DNA from: Escherichia coli
GTDB lineage: Bacteria > Pseudomonadota > Gammaproteobacteria > Enterobacterales > Enterobacteriaceae
DNA length: 64,000 nucleotides
Reading direction: 5' to 3' (one strand)
NCBI RefSeq assembly: GCF_024223415.1
Contig: NZ_CP100500.1
Below the pieces are notes generated by a model that was not told the DNA's origin, made no database searches, and saw only the letters and a list, made by a program, of their open reading frames with translations. Position 1 is the stretch's first letter. Every line of letters starts with the position of its first letter. Made by a program: the position numbers and the translations under genes. Positions 1 to 12,441 of this stretch are shown here, piece after piece.

Positions 1-240
1 TAAACATTAAGAATATTCATCTTGTTATCTGTCTGTATTTTAACCAGAATTAAATCAGTATTAGATGCCGTATGAATATCTCGAAATGTTGCTGTGTATC
101 ACATACAAATCATCACCGCAGGACCATAGTATTTACATAAGGTTTGTCCCCCGGAGGTAGTCATCGCAGCAATCGAGTAAATTAGCTTCACCACGGTATA
201 TTGTTTCCGTAGAATACCCATAATTATAAGAGAGGTTGTT

Positions 241-300
241 ATGATTGAACGTGAACTGGGGAACTGGAAAGACTTTATCGAAGTTATGCTTCGTAAGTAA
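241..300 (+). CDS. ypfM: small protein YpfM (19 aa, MIERELGNWKDFIEVMLRK)
   Basis: ATG at 241 preceded by a purine-rich RBS (agagaggttg); 19 codons to TAA; position downstream of acrD matches K-12 ypfM as recalled. Confidence 0.5.
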   Translation: MIERELGNWKDFIEVMLRK

Positions 301-360
301 TTCCTGAGACAAAGTACAAACAGCAAGAACCCGCTGAGCAGGTTCTTAATCGGAAAGTTG

Positions 361-394
361 AAAAAGGCGACACATTAGCATGTCGCCTTTTTTA
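361..394. terminator. bidirectional rho-independent terminator (acrD / ypfM)
   Basis: GC hairpin ggcgacacattagcatgtcgcc flanked by an A-run upstream and a T-run downstream. Confidence 0.6.
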
Positions 395-398
395 TTGC

Positions 399-3300
399 TT
401 ATTCCGGGCGCGGCTTCAGCGGGAAGCGGCGGCGCACCAGCACAAAGAACAGCGGCACGAAGTAAATAGCCAGAATAGTAGCTGAAATCATCCCGCCCAT
501 TACGCCAGTACCCACCGCATGCTGACCACCGGAACCGGCACCCGTGCTGGTTGCCATTGGCAATACGCCGAAGATAAATGCCAGCGAGGTCATCAGAATC
601 GGGCGTAAACGCTGACGGCAGGCGTGGAGCGTTGCTTCAAACAGGTCGTGGCCTTTTTGGTTCATCTCGTTAGCAAACTCGACGATCAGGATGGCGTTTT
701 TCGCCGATAAACCAATGACCGTTAACAGGCCCACCTGGAAGTAAACGTCGTTTTCCAGCCCGCGCATCCAGGTTGCCAGCAGCGCGCCGATTACCCCCAG
801 CGGCACGACCAGCATTACCGAGAACGGTACCGACCAGCTTTCATACAATGCAGCCAGACACAGGAATACCACCAGCAAGGAAATGGCGTACAGCGCCGGA
901 GCCTGCGCGCCGGAAAGCCGCTCCTGATACGACATCGCCGTCCACTCCAGACCAAAGCCGTTTGGCAGCTGCTTCACTAACGATTCCATAATATCCATCG
1001 CCGTACCGGTACTGACCCCCGGTGCGGCTTCCCCAACAATTTCAACCGCAGAATAACCGTTATAGCGTTCCAGACGCGGCGAGCCTGTCTCCCAGCGTGA
1101 GGTCGCGAAAGCAGAGAAGGGCACCATGCCGCCATCTTTATTTCGGACATACCAGAGATTGATGTCATCTGGCAGCATGCGATACGGCGCAGCTGCCTGC
1201 ACATAGACTTTCTTCACGCGACCGCGATCCATAAAGTCATTCACATAGCTCGAACCCCAGGCGGTTTGCAGTGTGTCGTTAATATCGTCGATAGCAACGC
1301 CCAGCGCCTGAGCTTTACGCTGGTCGATATCAATCTGCAACTGCGGACTGTCGTCGAGGCCGTTATGGCGCACACGGGTTAGCTCCGGGTTTTCCGCCGC
1401 CAGCGCCAGCAACTGGTTACGTGCTGCCATCAGCGCATCGTGACCTGCTCCAGCGTGGTCCTGCAACTCCATATCAAAACCCGCAGAACTACCAAGACCG
1501 CTAATTGCTGGCGGGCTGCTGGCGATAACGCGAGCTTCTTTAATCTTGTTAAACGCCTTCGTTGCACGCTCGATAATGGCAAATGAGGTGCCGGTCTTAC
1601 TGTCGCGTTCGCTCCAGTCTTTCAGGCGGATAAACATTCGCGCCACGTTTTGCCCGTTACCCCCAGGGCCAGAACCAACAGTGGCAAACACCGACATGAT
1701 GTTGTCTTTTTCATGGGTGAAGTAATATTTCTCGATTTGCTCAACGACTTTCAGGGTCTGTTGTTGGGTTGAACCGCTGGGCAATTGTACCGAGGTAGTA
1801 AACATGCCACGGTCTTCCAGCGGTAAGAACGACGTCGGTAAACGCAGGAACAGGAACACCATGCCGCCAAGCAGCAGGACATAAATCACAATCCAGCGCA
1901 GGCTGCGGTGGAGAATTTTCGCCACCCCTTTTTCGTAGCGTTCGGCGTTGCGGTTAAACATCTGGTTAAACCAGGCAAAAAAGCCTTTTTGCCCGTGATG
2001 CTCACCTTTTTTCAGTGGCTTAAGTAGTGTGGCACACAGAGCCGGAGTGAGGATCATCGCTACCAGTACTGACAGCACCATCGCCGCAACAATGGTAATA
2101 GAGAACTGGCGATAGATGGCACCGGTGGTGCCGCCGAAGAAGGCCATTGGTACAAATACCGCCGAAAGCACCATCGCAATCCCGACCAGTGCCCCCTGGA
2201 TCTGCCCCATCGATTTACGTGTGGCTTCGCGAGGACTGAGTCCTTCCTCACTCATAATACGTTCGACGTTTTCCACCACCACGATGGCGTCATCCACCAG
2301 CAGACCGATCGCCAGCACCATCGCGAACATGGTTAAGGTGTTGACGCTGTAACCGAAGGCGTAAAGTACGGAGAAGGTTCCCATCAACACCACCGGCACG
2401 GCGATAGTGGGTATCAGCGTGGCGCGGAAGTTTTGCAGGAACAGATACATAACGAGGAAAACCAGAGCGATAGCTTCCAGCAGCGTTTTCACCACGTCTT
2501 CAATGGAGGCTTTAACAAACGAGGTGGTTTCATACGCCACCTTGTATTCCAGTCCATGCGGGAAATACTGCGCCAGCTCGTCGAGACGATTGAGCACCAG
2601 CTCCGCTGTCGCCATTTCGTTAGCGCCGGAGGCCAGTTTTACCCCCAGCCCGGAGGCTGGCTTACCATTGAAGCGGCTAAGATAATCGTATTTCTCCGCC
2701 CCCATTTCGACGGTGGCGACATCGCCCAGCCTTACCTCTGAGCCGTCCTGATTCACCCGCAAGGTGATATCGCGGAACTGTTCTGGTGTTTGCAGCAGTG
2801 ACTGGGCGTTAATGGTGGCGTTGAGCGCCTGCTTATCGACGGAAGGTGTACCACCAAGTTGCCCAACCGCAATCTGCGCGTTCTGTGACTCAATGGCATC
2901 AGTGACATCTTTAGCCGTCATCTGGAAACTGTTGAGTTTCGCCGGGTCCAGCCAGATACGCATGGAATATTGCGAACCATAGGCATCGATATCCCCGACG
3001 CCATTCACGCGGCTTAACGGGTCCTGAATATTACTGGCAACATAATCGGCAATATCCTGTTTATCCATCGAACCATCGGTAGAGACGAAAGCAATGGTCA
3101 GAATATTGGTATCGCCGGTTTTACGCACCGTCACGCCCTGATTTTGCACCGCCTGCGGTAACTTTCGCATGGCTGATTGCAGCTGGTTTTGTACTTGCTG
3201 CACGGCTTCGTCCGGATCGGTGCCTGCTTTAAAACTTAAAGTGACAGATGCCTGACCGGTGCCACTGCTCTGAGATGACATATACATGAGATTATCGAGG

Positions 3301-3512
3301 CCGGTCATATTTTGCTCGATAACCTGGGTCACGGTGTTTTCCAGCGTCTGGGCCGATGCGCCGGGATAGTTAGCGGTCACTCGCACATTCGGTGGCGCGA
3401 GATCGGGGTATTGTTCAACGGGCAATGAAAAAATCGCCAGGGTACCTGTCAGACACAACAGGATTGCCAGCACCCAGGCAAAAATGGGGCGATCAATAAA
3501 GAAATTCGCCAT
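399..3512 (-). CDS. acrD: RND aminoglycoside/multidrug efflux pump AcrD (1037 aa)
   Basis: Full-length ORF; translation recognised as AcrB/AcrD-family RND transporter of the length expected for AcrD. Confidence 0.9.
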   Translation of the reverse strand: MANFFIDRPIFAWVLAILLCLTGTLAIFSLPVEQYPDLAPPNVRVTANYPGASAQTLENTVTQVIEQNMTGLDNLMYMSSQSSGTGQASVTLSFKAGTDPDEAVQQVQNQLQSAMRKLPQAVQNQGVTVRKTGDTNILTIAFVSTDGSMDKQDIADYVASNIQDPLSRVNGVGDIDAYGSQYSMRIWLDPAKLNSFQMTAKDVTDAIESQNAQIAVGQLGGTPSVDKQALNATINAQSLLQTPEQFRDITLRVNQDGSEVRLGDVATVEMGAEKYDYLSRFNGKPASGLGVKLASGANEMATAELVLNRLDELAQYFPHGLEYKVAYETTSFVKASIEDVVKTLLEAIALVFLVMYLFLQNFRATLIPTIAVPVVLMGTFSVLYAFGYSVNTLTMFAMVLAIGLLVDDAIVVVENVERIMSEEGLSPREATRKSMGQIQGALVGIAMVLSAVFVPMAFFGGTTGAIYRQFSITIVAAMVLSVLVAMILTPALCATLLKPLKKGEHHGQKGFFAWFNQMFNRNAERYEKGVAKILHRSLRWIVIYVLLLGGMVFLFLRLPTSFLPLEDRGMFTTSVQLPSGSTQQQTLKVVEQIEKYYFTHEKDNIMSVFATVGSGPGGNGQNVARMFIRLKDWSERDSKTGTSFAIIERATKAFNKIKEARVIASSPPAISGLGSSAGFDMELQDHAGAGHDALMAARNQLLALAAENPELTRVRHNGLDDSPQLQIDIDQRKAQALGVAIDDINDTLQTAWGSSYVNDFMDRGRVKKVYVQAAAPYRMLPDDINLWYVRNKDGGMVPFSAFATSRWETGSPRLERYNGYSAVEIVGEAAPGVSTGTAMDIMESLVKQLPNGFGLEWTAMSYQERLSGAQAPALYAISLLVVFLCLAALYESWSVPFSVMLVVPLGVIGALLATWMRGLENDVYFQVGLLTVIGLSAKNAILIVEFANEMNQKGHDLFEATLHACRQRLRPILMTSLAFIFGVLPMATSTGAGSGGQHAVGTGVMGGMISATILAIYFVPLFFVLVRRRFPLKPRPE

Positions 3513-3582
3513 TAAAAGAGGACCTCGTGTTTCTGCGTATCGTTGTAGGCTTGACTTGCTTCACTGTAGCGGCAAGGTACGA

Positions 3583-3602
3583 GCCAATCGTGGAGAAAAA
3601 AA
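3583..3602 (-). promoter_or_regulatory. candidate BaeR box upstream of acrD
   Basis: Minus-strand sequence tttttttctccacgattggc resembles the BaeR consensus TTTTTCTCCATDATTGGC as recalled; lies about 70-90 bp upstream of the acrD start. Confidence 0.4.
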
Positions 3603-3675
3603 GGAGTTAATGTAAATTATCATGCCCTTTTATACTGAACCTTAAGTGCAAGTATTCTTTGGTCAGTAGGAGGCA

Positions 3676-5376
3676 TTACATTAACTGACTTTCCTCACCC
3701 TCCGCAGAGCGAAAGCTAATACTCACTAACGTGCCGCCGCCGGAAGGTTGTGAAAAAGTCAGCGTCCCACCCAGCCGTTCCGCGCGTTCGCGCATGATAT
3801 TCAGACCATAATGACCTTCGGGTTCTTTCGGTTCACCGATACCAATCCCGTTATCACGGATATAAACCGTGTGATTGCCGTCCGGCGCGGTGACGCAACT
3901 GACGGCGATTTCGCTGGCGTTGGCGTGCTTCATCGCATTCAGCACCGCTTCGCGAATAATTTGCAACAAATGCACCTGCATTTGCGCATCCAGTGCCAGG
4001 GTTGGCAGACGGCAGTCGAGGGTCAGTTTGGCGCTGGTTTGATTTTGTAACGTATCCAGCATTTCCCTCAACGCGGAGGGGAGATCCGCCTGCTGCAGCG
4101 TCAGGCGGAAAGTAGTCAACAGCTCGCGTAACTGCCGATAAGCATCATTCAACGCCTGGGAAAAATCGGCCATGATACTTTGTGCGGTGGCGTTATCTTC
4201 CGGTATCGAACGCTTAAGTAACGTCAACTGGATACGTAAGTAAGAAAGTACCTGAGCCAGCGAGTCGTGCAATTCGCGGGCGATGGTTGCACGTTCTTCC
4301 ATCAACAATAACTGCTGAAAATGCTTCTGCGCCTGATTAAAGTACAAACCGCGTCCCAGCATCGACGAAACGCTGTTAAGCAGCGGTTCTGATGATGAAA
4401 CGTGACTATTTTGCCAGTGCAGTTCGCCGTAAACCGTCTCTTGCATTGTCACCGGTAAAATCTGCATCGGCAATTCCGGGTTTGGTTGCCCTTCGCTAAT
4501 CCGCCAGTTTTCACCGACATTTAACTCCAGATATTCAGCCGCTTCATTGTCGCGAACAATCTGCAAAATATGGCGGAAACAATGCACATCAATCTGGCTA
4601 GTGTTCAGCGCCTGCGAACACTGATACAACACCTCCAGACGACGCTTGGCCTCGTGGAGATCGCGGGTCTTTTCTTCTACTGACGCTTCCAGCGAACGGT
4701 ACAATTTATGCAGCTCGCTCGACATCTGGTTAAAGGTTTTTGCAAGTAGACCAAGCTCATTCGGCAGACTGGTATCCAGCGGCGGCGAGTCGAACTGCCC
4801 GTGTTCAATACGCTGACTGGCGGTAACCAGCTGATTCAGCGGGGCAACCACCTGATGGCGTATGCGGCGCAAAGTAAAAAAGACCAGCGTGAAAATACCG
4901 ATGCCGCCAGCCAGGGAAATCGCCACCACCAGCAGCATTTTGCGTTCAGCGTAGTGCTGTAAAGCCAGCACGAACAGGTCTATCTGATTAACATAATTAT
5001 TAATATTGGCCTGATACCACGGCAAATCGCCCTTGCTGAGCCGATTATTCATCTCCAGCCAGTTGGCATTCAGATGCGCATAGCGAGTTTTTACTGCTTC
5101 TGGCACATACCAGACGTTGAGGTTGGTTAATACCGGTGAATGCAGTGCCTGCTGAAATAACTGGCGATGTGCATTGAGTTGTGGACTGCCACTTTGCAAG
5201 TCGTAGCCCAGGCGGTAACTCTGCATACGCAGCGATCCGGCAATATTGATAGCCTCAGCGTCGCGCAAACTGCTCGCCAGAGTTAGCAGAGCGATACCCG
5301 TGGAAAGAATCGACAGCAGCACAATGTAAAAAAAGGCCCGGGCCAGACTGGCCGAGACGGGTCGTTTAACAATCAC
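3676..5376 (-). CDS. narQ: nitrate/nitrite sensor histidine kinase NarQ (566 aa, GTG start inferred)
   Basis: ORF 3676-5391; translation recognised as NarQ (HAMP, H-box and ATPase motifs); start set at the codon giving MIVKRPVSAS. Confidence 0.85.
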   Translation of the reverse strand: MIVKRPVSASLARAFFYIVLLSILSTGIALLTLASSLRDAEAINIAGSLRMQSYRLGYDLQSGSPQLNAHRQLFQQALHSPVLTNLNVWYVPEAVKTRYAHLNANWLEMNNRLSKGDLPWYQANINNYVNQIDLFVLALQHYAERKMLLVVAISLAGGIGIFTLVFFTLRRIRHQVVAPLNQLVTASQRIEHGQFDSPPLDTSLPNELGLLAKTFNQMSSELHKLYRSLEASVEEKTRDLHEAKRRLEVLYQCSQALNTSQIDVHCFRHILQIVRDNEAAEYLELNVGENWRISEGQPNPELPMQILPVTMQETVYGELHWQNSHVSSSEPLLNSVSSMLGRGLYFNQAQKHFQQLLLMEERATIARELHDSLAQVLSYLRIQLTLLKRSIPEDNATAQSIMADFSQALNDAYRQLRELLTTFRLTLQQADLPSALREMLDTLQNQTSAKLTLDCRLPTLALDAQMQVHLLQIIREAVLNAMKHANASEIAVSCVTAPDGNHTVYIRDNGIGIGEPKEPEGHYGLNIMRERAERLGGTLTFSQPSGGGTLVSISFRSAEGEESQLM

Positions 5377-5581
5377 ACGCGTCTTCTCCACAAAAAATCA
5401 TGAATGTTCCAGTTCGCTGAAACGCAATTTAGTCAGTGATGGGATTATTTGATCTGCCACAGTTTATAGCGAAATAGTTACTTATTCTGGGCACATGAAC
5501 ATTGCCGATTCCCCTGTAAGTCGGGTAATAACAACACTCATATAAAGAATAAGGTTTTTACAACCAAAAAAGAAGGTCGTT

Positions 5582-7561
5582 ATGAATCGTTTTATTATGG
5601 CCAACAGTCAGCAATGTCTGGGTTGTCATGCTTGTGAAATCGCCTGTGTCATGGCTCACAATGATGAGCAACATGTCCTGAGCCAACACCATTTTCATCC
5701 CCGAATTACGGTTATCAAACATCAGCAGCAACGTAGTGCAGTGACCTGTCACCATTGTGAAGATGCGCCCTGCGCCCGTAGCTGCCCTAATGGCGCAATC
5801 AGCCACGTTGATGACAGCATTCAGGTCAATCAGCAAAAGTGTATTGGCTGTAAATCCTGCGTGGTGGCCTGTCCGTTTGGTACGATGCAAATCGTCCTGA
5901 CACCCGTCGCAGCGGGCAAGGTTAAAGCCACGGCGCATAAATGCGACCTTTGTGCAGGGCGCGAAAACGGTCCTGCCTGTGTCGAGAATTGCCCGGCGGA
6001 CGCGCTGCAGCTGGTCACTGACGCCGCACTCTCAGGCATGGCGAAATCCCGCCGCTTGCGTACCGCACGTCAGGAACATCAACCGTGGCATGCCAGTACC
6101 GCTGCACAAGAAATGCCGGTAATGAGTAAAGTCGAACAAATGCAGGCAACGCCCGCGCGTGGCGAGCCGGATAAACTGGCGATTGAAGCGCGCAAAACCG
6201 GTTTTGATGAAATTTATCTGCCATTCCGTGCCGATCAGGCACAACGGGAAGCCTCGCGCTGCCTTAAATGCGGCGAGCACAGCGTTTGTGAATGGACCTG
6301 CCCGCTGCATAACCATATACCGCAGTGGATTGAACTGGTGAAAGCCGGAAACATCGACGCCGCCGTCGAGCTTTCTCACCTGACCAACACCCTGCCGGAA
6401 ATTACCGGACGCGTTTGTCCGCAAGACCGTTTGTGTGAAGGTGCCTGTACTATTCGCGATGAGCACGGTGCGGTAACTATCGGCAACATTGAACGCTACA
6501 TTTCAGATCAGGCGTTGGCGAAAGGTTGGCGTCCTGACTTAAGCCATGTCACCAAAGTGGACAAGCGGGTGGCGATTATCGGTGCAGGTCCGGCAGGGCT
6601 GGCCTGTGCGGATGTTCTGATCCGCAATGGCGTGGCGGTGACGGTGTACGATCGCCATCCAGAAATCGGTGGCTTGCTCACTTTCGGCATTCCTTCTTTC
6701 AAACTGGATAAATCCCTGCTGGCACGTCGTCGGGAAATCTTCAGCGCGATGGGGATTCACTTCGAACTCAATTGTGAAGTGGGTAAAGATGTCTCTTTGG
6801 ATTCGCTTTTGGAACAATACGACGCGGTCTTCGTTGGCGTAGGCACTTACCGTTCCATGAAAGCGGGTTTACCCAATGAAGATGCGCCGGGCGTTTATGA
6901 CGCGCTGCCGTTCCTCATCGCCAACACTAAACAGGTGATGGGGCTCGAAGAGCTACCGGAAGAGCCGTTTATCAATACCGCCGGACTCAACGTCGTGGTA
7001 CTGGGCGGCGGCGACACCGCGATGGACTGTGTGTGTACTGCGCTGCGCCACGGCGCGAGTAACGTCACCTGCGCTTATCGTCGTGATGAAGCTAACATGC
7101 CAGGCTCGAAGAAAGAGGTGAAGAACGCCCGCGAAGAGGGGGCCAACTTCGAATTTAACGTCCAGCCGGTGGCGCTTGAGCTGAATGAACAAGGTCACGT
7201 TTGCGGGATTCGTTTCCTGCGTACGCGTCTTGGCGAGCCGGATGCCCAGGGGCGTCGGCGTCCAGTACCGGTGGAAGGCAGTGAATTTGTCATGCCAGCC
7301 GACGCGGTGATTATGGCGTTTGGCTTCAATCCGCACGGGATGCCGTGGCTGGAGTCGCACGGTGTAACGGTAGACAAATGGGGCCGCATCATCGCGGATG
7401 TGGAAAGCCAGTACCGTTACCAGACCACCAATCCGAAAATCTTCGCCGGTGGCGACGCCGTGCGTGGTGCGGATCTGGTGGTTACCGCAATGGCAGAAGG
7501 ACGTCATGCGGCACAGGGGATTATTGACTGGCTGGGGGTAAAATCAGTCAAATCTCACTGA
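5582..7561 (+). CDS. aegA: Fe-S / FAD-NAD(P) oxidoreductase AegA (GltD-like, 659 aa)
   Basis: N-terminal 4Fe-4S ferredoxin Cys clusters (CxxCxxCxxxCP) followed by a glutamate-synthase-small-subunit-like domain. Confidence 0.85.
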   Translation: MNRFIMANSQQCLGCHACEIACVMAHNDEQHVLSQHHFHPRITVIKHQQQRSAVTCHHCEDAPCARSCPNGAISHVDDSIQVNQQKCIGCKSCVVACPFGTMQIVLTPVAAGKVKATAHKCDLCAGRENGPACVENCPADALQLVTDAALSGMAKSRRLRTARQEHQPWHASTAAQEMPVMSKVEQMQATPARGEPDKLAIEARKTGFDEIYLPFRADQAQREASRCLKCGEHSVCEWTCPLHNHIPQWIELVKAGNIDAAVELSHLTNTLPEITGRVCPQDRLCEGACTIRDEHGAVTIGNIERYISDQALAKGWRPDLSHVTKVDKRVAIIGAGPAGLACADVLIRNGVAVTVYDRHPEIGGLLTFGIPSFKLDKSLLARRREIFSAMGIHFELNCEVGKDVSLDSLLEQYDAVFVGVGTYRSMKAGLPNEDAPGVYDALPFLIANTKQVMGLEELPEEPFINTAGLNVVVLGGGDTAMDCVCTALRHGASNVTCAYRRDEANMPGSKKEVKNAREEGANFEFNVQPVALELNEQGHVCGIRFLRTRLGEPDAQGRRRPVPVEGSEFVMPADAVIMAFGFNPHGMPWLESHGVTVDKWGRIIADVESQYRYQTTNPKIFAGGDAVRGADLVVTAMAEGRHAAQGIIDWLGVKSVKSH

Positions 7562-7628
7562 TAGCCTGCGCAGACAAACCCGACTTCACAGCGTAATATA
7601 ATTGTTCATTTCGCGCTGTGGAGTCGGT

Positions 7629-8204
7629 ATGACGCAACAAATCACCCTCATTAAAGACAAAATTCTCTCCGATAACTATTTCACCCTGCACAACATTACT
7701 TACGATCTCACGCGCAAAGATGGCGAAGTTATCCGCCATAAACGTGAAGTTTACGATCGCGGTAATGGTGCGACGATCCTCCTGTACAACGCGAAGAAAA
7801 AGACCGTGGTTCTGATTCGTCAGTTCCGTGTCGCTACCTGGGTTAATGGCAATGAAAGCGGGCAGCTGATTGAAACCTGCGCCGGGCTGCTGGATAACGA
7901 CGAACCGGAAGTGTGCATTCGCAAAGAAGCGATTGAAGAGACGGGCTATGAAGTGGGCGAAGTGCGCAAATTATTTGAACTGTATATGTCGCCAGGCGGT
8001 GTGACTGAGCTAATCCACTTTTTTATCGCCGAATACAGTGACAATCAGCGCGCTAACGCCGGTGGCGGTGTCGAAGATGAAGATATTGAAGTGCTCGAGC
8101 TGCCGTTCAGCCAGGCGCTGGAGATGATCAAAACCGGCGAGATACGTGACGGTAAGACGGTGTTATTGCTTAACTATTTGCAAATGTCACATTTAATGGA
8201 CTGA
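7629..8204 (+). CDS. nudK: GDP-mannose pyrophosphatase NudK (Nudix, 191 aa)
   Basis: ORF 7602-8204; start taken at [10 protein letters not shown]; Nudix box present. Confidence 0.85.
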   Translation: MTQQITLIKDKILSDNYFTLHNITYDLTRKDGEVIRHKREVYDRGNGATILLYNAKKKTVVLIRQFRVATWVNGNESGQLIETCAGLLDNDEPEVCIRKEAIEETGYEVGEVRKLFELYMSPGGVTELIHFFIAEYSDNQRANAGGGVEDEDIEVLELPFSQALEMIKTGEIRDGKTVLLLNYLQMSHLMD

Positions 8205-8329
8205 AAAATAACAATAATATTTCGTTGTTTATTCTTGGCTCAATCCGACAAATCCGATTGAGCCACGCTACCTGCGCAACGAAGATACGACTTGTGCTGT
8301 TTGTTTGAACTTCTGGGGTCGTACCGTCC

Positions 8330-9373
8330 ATGCGCTATCGCATTTTCCTTCTCTTTTTTTTCGCTTTGTTGCCGACGTCTTTGGTGTGGGCGGCACCAGC
8401 GCAACGGGCGTTTTCCGACTGGCAGGTCACCTGTAATAACCAAAACTTCTGCGTGGCGCGTAATACGGGCGATCATAATGGACTGGTGATGACCCTGAGC
8501 CGCAGCGCCGGGGCGCATACCGATGCCGTTTTACGTATTGAGCGCGGCGGGTTGAAGTCGCCGGATGCGTCTGAAGGGGAAATTGCGCCACGGCTGCTGT
8601 TAGATGGCGAGCCGTTGGCGTTAAGTGGTGACAAGTGGCGGATTTCACCATGGTTATTAGTAACCGATGATACGGCAACCATCACCGCGTTTTTGCAGAT
8701 GATTCAGGAAGGGAAGGCGATCACCTTACGCGACGGCAATCAGACCATTTCTCTGAGTGGCTTAAAAGCGGCGTTGTTGTTTATTGATGCTCAGCAAAAG
8801 CGCGTTGGCAGTGAAACCGCGTGGATCAAGAAAGGGGACGAACCGCCGCTCAGCGTACCGCCCGCGCCTGCGCTGAAAGAGGTCGTGGTGGTTAACCCAA
8901 CGCCGACGCCACTCTCACTCGAAGAACGCAACGATTTGCTGGATTATGGAAACTGGCGGATGAATGGTCTGCGCTGCTCGCTTGATCCATTGCGTCGTGA
9001 GGTGAATGTCACTGCGCTGACTGATGATAAAGCGCTGATGATGATTAGCTGTGAGGCAGGGGCCTATAACACCATTGATTTGGCATGGATTGTGTCGCGT
9101 AAAAAGCCACTAGCCTCGCGTCCGGTTCGGTTGCGTTTGCCGTTCAACAACGGGCAGGAGACAAATGAACTGGAACTGATGAACGCAACATTTGATGAGA
9201 AATCGCGTGAACTGGTGACCTTAGCGAAAGGGCGCGGATTAAGCGATTGTGGCATTCAGGCGCGCTGGCGCTTTGACGGTCAGCGTTTTCGCCTGGTGCG
9301 TTACGCCGCAGAACCCACCTGCGATAACTGGCATGGGCCAGACGCCTGGCCCACGTTGTGGATCACCCGTTAA
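8330..9373 (+). CDS. ypfG: DUF1176 periplasmic protein YpfG (347 aa, signal peptide)
   Basis: ORF with N-terminal signal peptide; position and length match ypfG. Confidence 0.8.
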   Translation: MRYRIFLLFFFALLPTSLVWAAPAQRAFSDWQVTCNNQNFCVARNTGDHNGLVMTLSRSAGAHTDAVLRIERGGLKSPDASEGEIAPRLLLDGEPLALSGDKWRISPWLLVTDDTATITAFLQMIQEGKAITLRDGNQTISLSGLKAALLFIDAQQKRVGSETAWIKKGDEPPLSVPPAPALKEVVVVNPTPTPLSLEERNDLLDYGNWRMNGLRCSLDPLRREVNVTALTDDKALMMISCEAGAYNTIDLAWIVSRKKPLASRPVRLRLPFNNGQETNELELMNATFDEKSRELVTLAKGRGLSDCGIQARWRFDGQRFRLVRYAAEPTCDNWHGPDAWPTLWITR

Positions 9374-9389
9374 ACAAAATGGCGGGACA

Positions 9390-9473
9390 TGTAGGCCGGG
9401 TAAGACGCTGTAGGCCGGATAAGACGCGTCAGCGTCGCATCCGGCAATCAGCATCCGGCGATCACCATCAGGC
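9390..9473. repeat. REP/BIME cluster (tandem palindromic units)
   Basis: Repeated gccggataagacgc / gcgtcgcatccggc palindromic units typical of E. coli REP elements. Confidence 0.7.
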
Positions 9474-11471
9474 ACCTTTTACTCCCAGCACCTTATGCGC
9501 TTTTGCCACAATATTCTCGGCGGTAAAGCCAAAGAACGGGAACAGCTTATCCGCCGGAGCAGATTCCCCATAACCCGTCATCCCGACAATTGCCCCTTTC
9601 AGACCAACATACTTGTACCAGTAATCGGCAATACCTGCTTCCACCGCCACGCGAGCCGCAACGTTAGAAGGCAACACCGACTCCCGATATTCCTCATCCT
9701 GGGCGTCGAAAATATCGGTCGAGGGCAGGGAAACTACGCGTACATTGCGACCTTCTCCCGCTAATTTCTCTGCCGCTTGCAGGGTGATTTCCATCTCTGA
9801 ACCGGTGGCAATCAGAATAATATCCGGCTTGCCGCCGCTGTCTTTCAACACATAACCACCACGAGCAATCTCTTTAACCTGATCCGGCGTACGTTCTACC
9901 TGGGCCAGATTCTGCCTGGAGAGAATCAGTGCCGTCGGTCCGTTGTGGCGCTCAACCGCCAGCTTCCAGCCCACCGCCGCTTCCACCTGATCGCACGGTC
10001 GCCAGGTGCTGAAATTTGGCGTTAAGCGCAGGCTGGCCAGTTGCTCAACAGCCTGGTGCGTCGGACCATCTTCGCCCAGACCAATTGAGTCGTGGGTATA
10101 AACCATAATCTGCCGCGCTTTCATCAGTGCCGCCATCCGCGCGGCGTTACGGGCGTATTCAACAAACATCAGGAACGTTGCGGTATACGGCACAAAGCCG
10201 CCGTGGTGCGCAATGCCGTTGGCGATAGCGGTCATGCCAAATTCACGCACCCCGTAGTGAATGTAGTTGCCCGCCGGATCTTCCTTCAGCGAAACAGAAC
10301 CTTTCCAGATGGTCAGGTTGCTGGGAGCCAGATCCGCCGAACCGCCGAGCAGCTCCGGTAGTATCGGCCCGTAAGCGTTAAGCGTATTTTGCGAAGCCTT
10401 ACGGGTAGCGATTTTCGCCGGATTTGCCTGTAACTCATTGATATATTTCTGAGTCGTTTTCTCCCAGTCCTTCGGTAAACCACCGCTCATCCGACGGGTA
10501 AACTCTTCTGCCAGTTGCGGATGAGCCTTTTTATAGGCAGCAAACTTCTCATTCCAGCTCTGCTGCGCTTTTTCGCCTTTTTCGCGGGCATCCCAGGCGT
10601 GATAAATCTCTTTAGGGATTTCAAATGGCGGATGGTGCCAGCCCAGTTTTTGCCGTGCCAGCGCCACTTCTTCTTCCCCCAGTGGTGCGCCGTGCGCCTC
10701 TTCCTTACCTGCTTTATTCGGCGAACCAAAGCCTATTACCGTACGGCAGATAATCAGCGACGGCTTATCTTTCACGCTTTGCGCTTCAAGGATCGCTTCC
10801 TTCACCGCTTGCGGATCGTGACCGTCGATTTCATGGATCACATGCCAGTGATAGGCTTCAAAACGTTTTGCCGTATCGTCGGTAAACCAGCCTTCGGTTT
10901 CTCCATCAATCGAAATACCGTTGTGATCGTAAAAACCAATCAGCTTGCCCAGTCCCAGCGTGCCCGCCAGCGAACAGACTTCGTGGGAAATACCTTCCAT
11001 CAGGCAGCCGTCGCCCATAAACACATAGGTGAAGTGATCGACGATCTCATGGTCTGGCTGGTTAAACTGTGCAGCCAGCGTACGTTCCGCTATCGCCAGC
11101 CCGACGGCGTTCGCCAAACCTTGTCCAAGAGGACCGGTGGTGGTTTCAACTCCGGGCGTATAGCCGATTTCCGGGTGGCCAGGGGTTTTCGAATGCAGTT
11201 GACGAAAGTTCTTCAGCTCTTCCAGCGGCAGGTCGTAACCGGTCAGATGCAGCAAACTGTAGAGCAGCATCGACGCGTGACCGTTGGAAAGAATAAAGCG
11301 GTCGCGATCATACCAGGTTGGGTCGGTAGGGTTATGTTTAAGAAAATCGTTCCACAGCACTTCGGCAATATCAGCCATGCCCATCGGCGCGCCGGGATGA
11401 CCAGAATTGGCTTTTTGTACCGCATCCATACTGAGTGCGCGAATCGCATTGGCAAGGTCTTTTCGGGACAT
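9468..11471 (-). CDS. tktB: transketolase 2 (667 aa)
   Basis: ORF 9468-11534; start set at [13 protein letters not shown]; TPP-binding transketolase motifs; adjacent to talA. Confidence 0.9.
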   Translation of the reverse strand: MSRKDLANAIRALSMDAVQKANSGHPGAPMGMADIAEVLWNDFLKHNPTDPTWYDRDRFILSNGHASMLLYSLLHLTGYDLPLEELKNFRQLHSKTPGHPEIGYTPGVETTTGPLGQGLANAVGLAIAERTLAAQFNQPDHEIVDHFTYVFMGDGCLMEGISHEVCSLAGTLGLGKLIGFYDHNGISIDGETEGWFTDDTAKRFEAYHWHVIHEIDGHDPQAVKEAILEAQSVKDKPSLIICRTVIGFGSPNKAGKEEAHGAPLGEEEVALARQKLGWHHPPFEIPKEIYHAWDAREKGEKAQQSWNEKFAAYKKAHPQLAEEFTRRMSGGLPKDWEKTTQKYINELQANPAKIATRKASQNTLNAYGPILPELLGGSADLAPSNLTIWKGSVSLKEDPAGNYIHYGVREFGMTAIANGIAHHGGFVPYTATFLMFVEYARNAARMAALMKARQIMVYTHDSIGLGEDGPTHQAVEQLASLRLTPNFSTWRPCDQVEAAVGWKLAVERHNGPTALILSRQNLAQVERTPDQVKEIARGGYVLKDSGGKPDIILIATGSEMEITLQAAEKLAGEGRNVRVVSLPSTDIFDAQDEEYRESVLPSNVAARVAVEAGIADYWYKYVGLKGAIVGMTGYGESAPADKLFPFFGFTAENIVAKAHKVLGVKGA

Positions 11472-11490
11472 ATAACACTCCGTGGCTGGT

Positions 11491-12441
11491 TTATAGTTTG
11501 GCGGCAAGAAGATCTTCCAGTTTGCGTTGATCAACGGCGAACAGACGAATGCCTTCAGACAGTTTTTCTACCGCCATCGCATCCTGATTGTGCTCCCAAC
11601 GGAACTCCGCTTCGCTCATGGGAGCTGGGCGTGGGAACGTCTGAGAAGGTGGGATTAATTTACGTACCACTGGCGAAACTTTTTCCTGCAGCTCCTTCAG
11701 CAAATTCGGTGCGATAGTCAGTCGATCGCAGCCGGTTAAGGCGAGGATTTGTTCGGTGCGACGGAAGCTCGCGCCCATCACAATGGTTTCATAGTGGTGT
11801 TGCTTATAGTAGTCGTAGATATTGCGCACCGATTTAACGCCCGGATCTTCTTCCACCACATACGGGTCCATCGGCTTGCGTGCCTGATACCAGTCATAAA
11901 TACGCCCGACAAACGGCGAAATCAGAAAAACGCCTGCTTCTGCACAGGCCCGTGCCTGCGCAAAAGAAAACAGCAGCGTCAGGTTGCAGTTAATACCTTC
12001 TTTTTCCAGCTCTTCTGCCGCGCGAATTCCTTCCCAGGTCGAAGCCAGCTTGATCAGAATGCGTGATTTCTCAACGCCTTGTTGCTGATACAAGTCCACC
12101 AGATGGCGCGCCTTCTCAATACTCTTTTCTTTATCAAAAGAGAGGCGTGCATCAACTTCTGTTGACACGCGACCGGGTACGATTTTGAGAATTTCAGCAC
12201 CGAAATTGACCGCCAGTTTGTCACACGCTGCGACCACCTGTTGTTCCTGGGTCTTGCCATTTTTTTTACCCCAGGCGACAGCATCGTCTATTAAATGCTC
12301 ATATTGTGATAATCCGGCAGCCTTGAGTAACAGCGAAGGATTGGTGGTGGCATCCTGGGGATGATAATGGCGAATGGACTCAATATCGCCGCTGTCTGCC
12401 ACGACAGTGGTGAACTGTTTGATGCCGTCTAACTCGTTCAT
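11491..12441 (-). CDS. talA: transaldolase A (316 aa)
   Basis: Full ORF; transaldolase signature; tktB-talA pairing. Confidence 0.9.
   Translation of the reverse strand: MNELDGIKQFTTVVADSGDIESIRHYHPQDATTNPSLLLKAAGLSQYEHLIDDAVAWGKKNGKTQEQQVVAACDKLAVNFGAEILKIVPGRVSTEVDARLSFDKEKSIEKARHLVDLYQQQGVEKSRILIKLASTWEGIRAAEELEKEGINCNLTLLFSFAQARACAEAGVFLISPFVGRIYDWYQARKPMDPYVVEEDPGVKSVRNIYDYYKQHHYETIVMGASFRRTEQILALTGCDRLTIAPNLLKELQEKVSPVVRKLIPPSQTFPRPAPMSEAEFRWEHNQDAMAVEKLSEGIRLFAVDQRKLEDLLAAKL

Noticed and set aside
99-326. 75-aa ORF on the - strand downstream of acrD
   Set aside because: Low-complexity translation with no RBS; it overlaps the better-supported 19-codon ypfM on the opposite strand.
10515-11717. 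400-aa ORF on the + strand
   Set aside because: Entirely antisense to tktB and talA, which are unambiguous conserved genes; no RBS; composition typical of a shadow ORF in GC-rich coding DNA.
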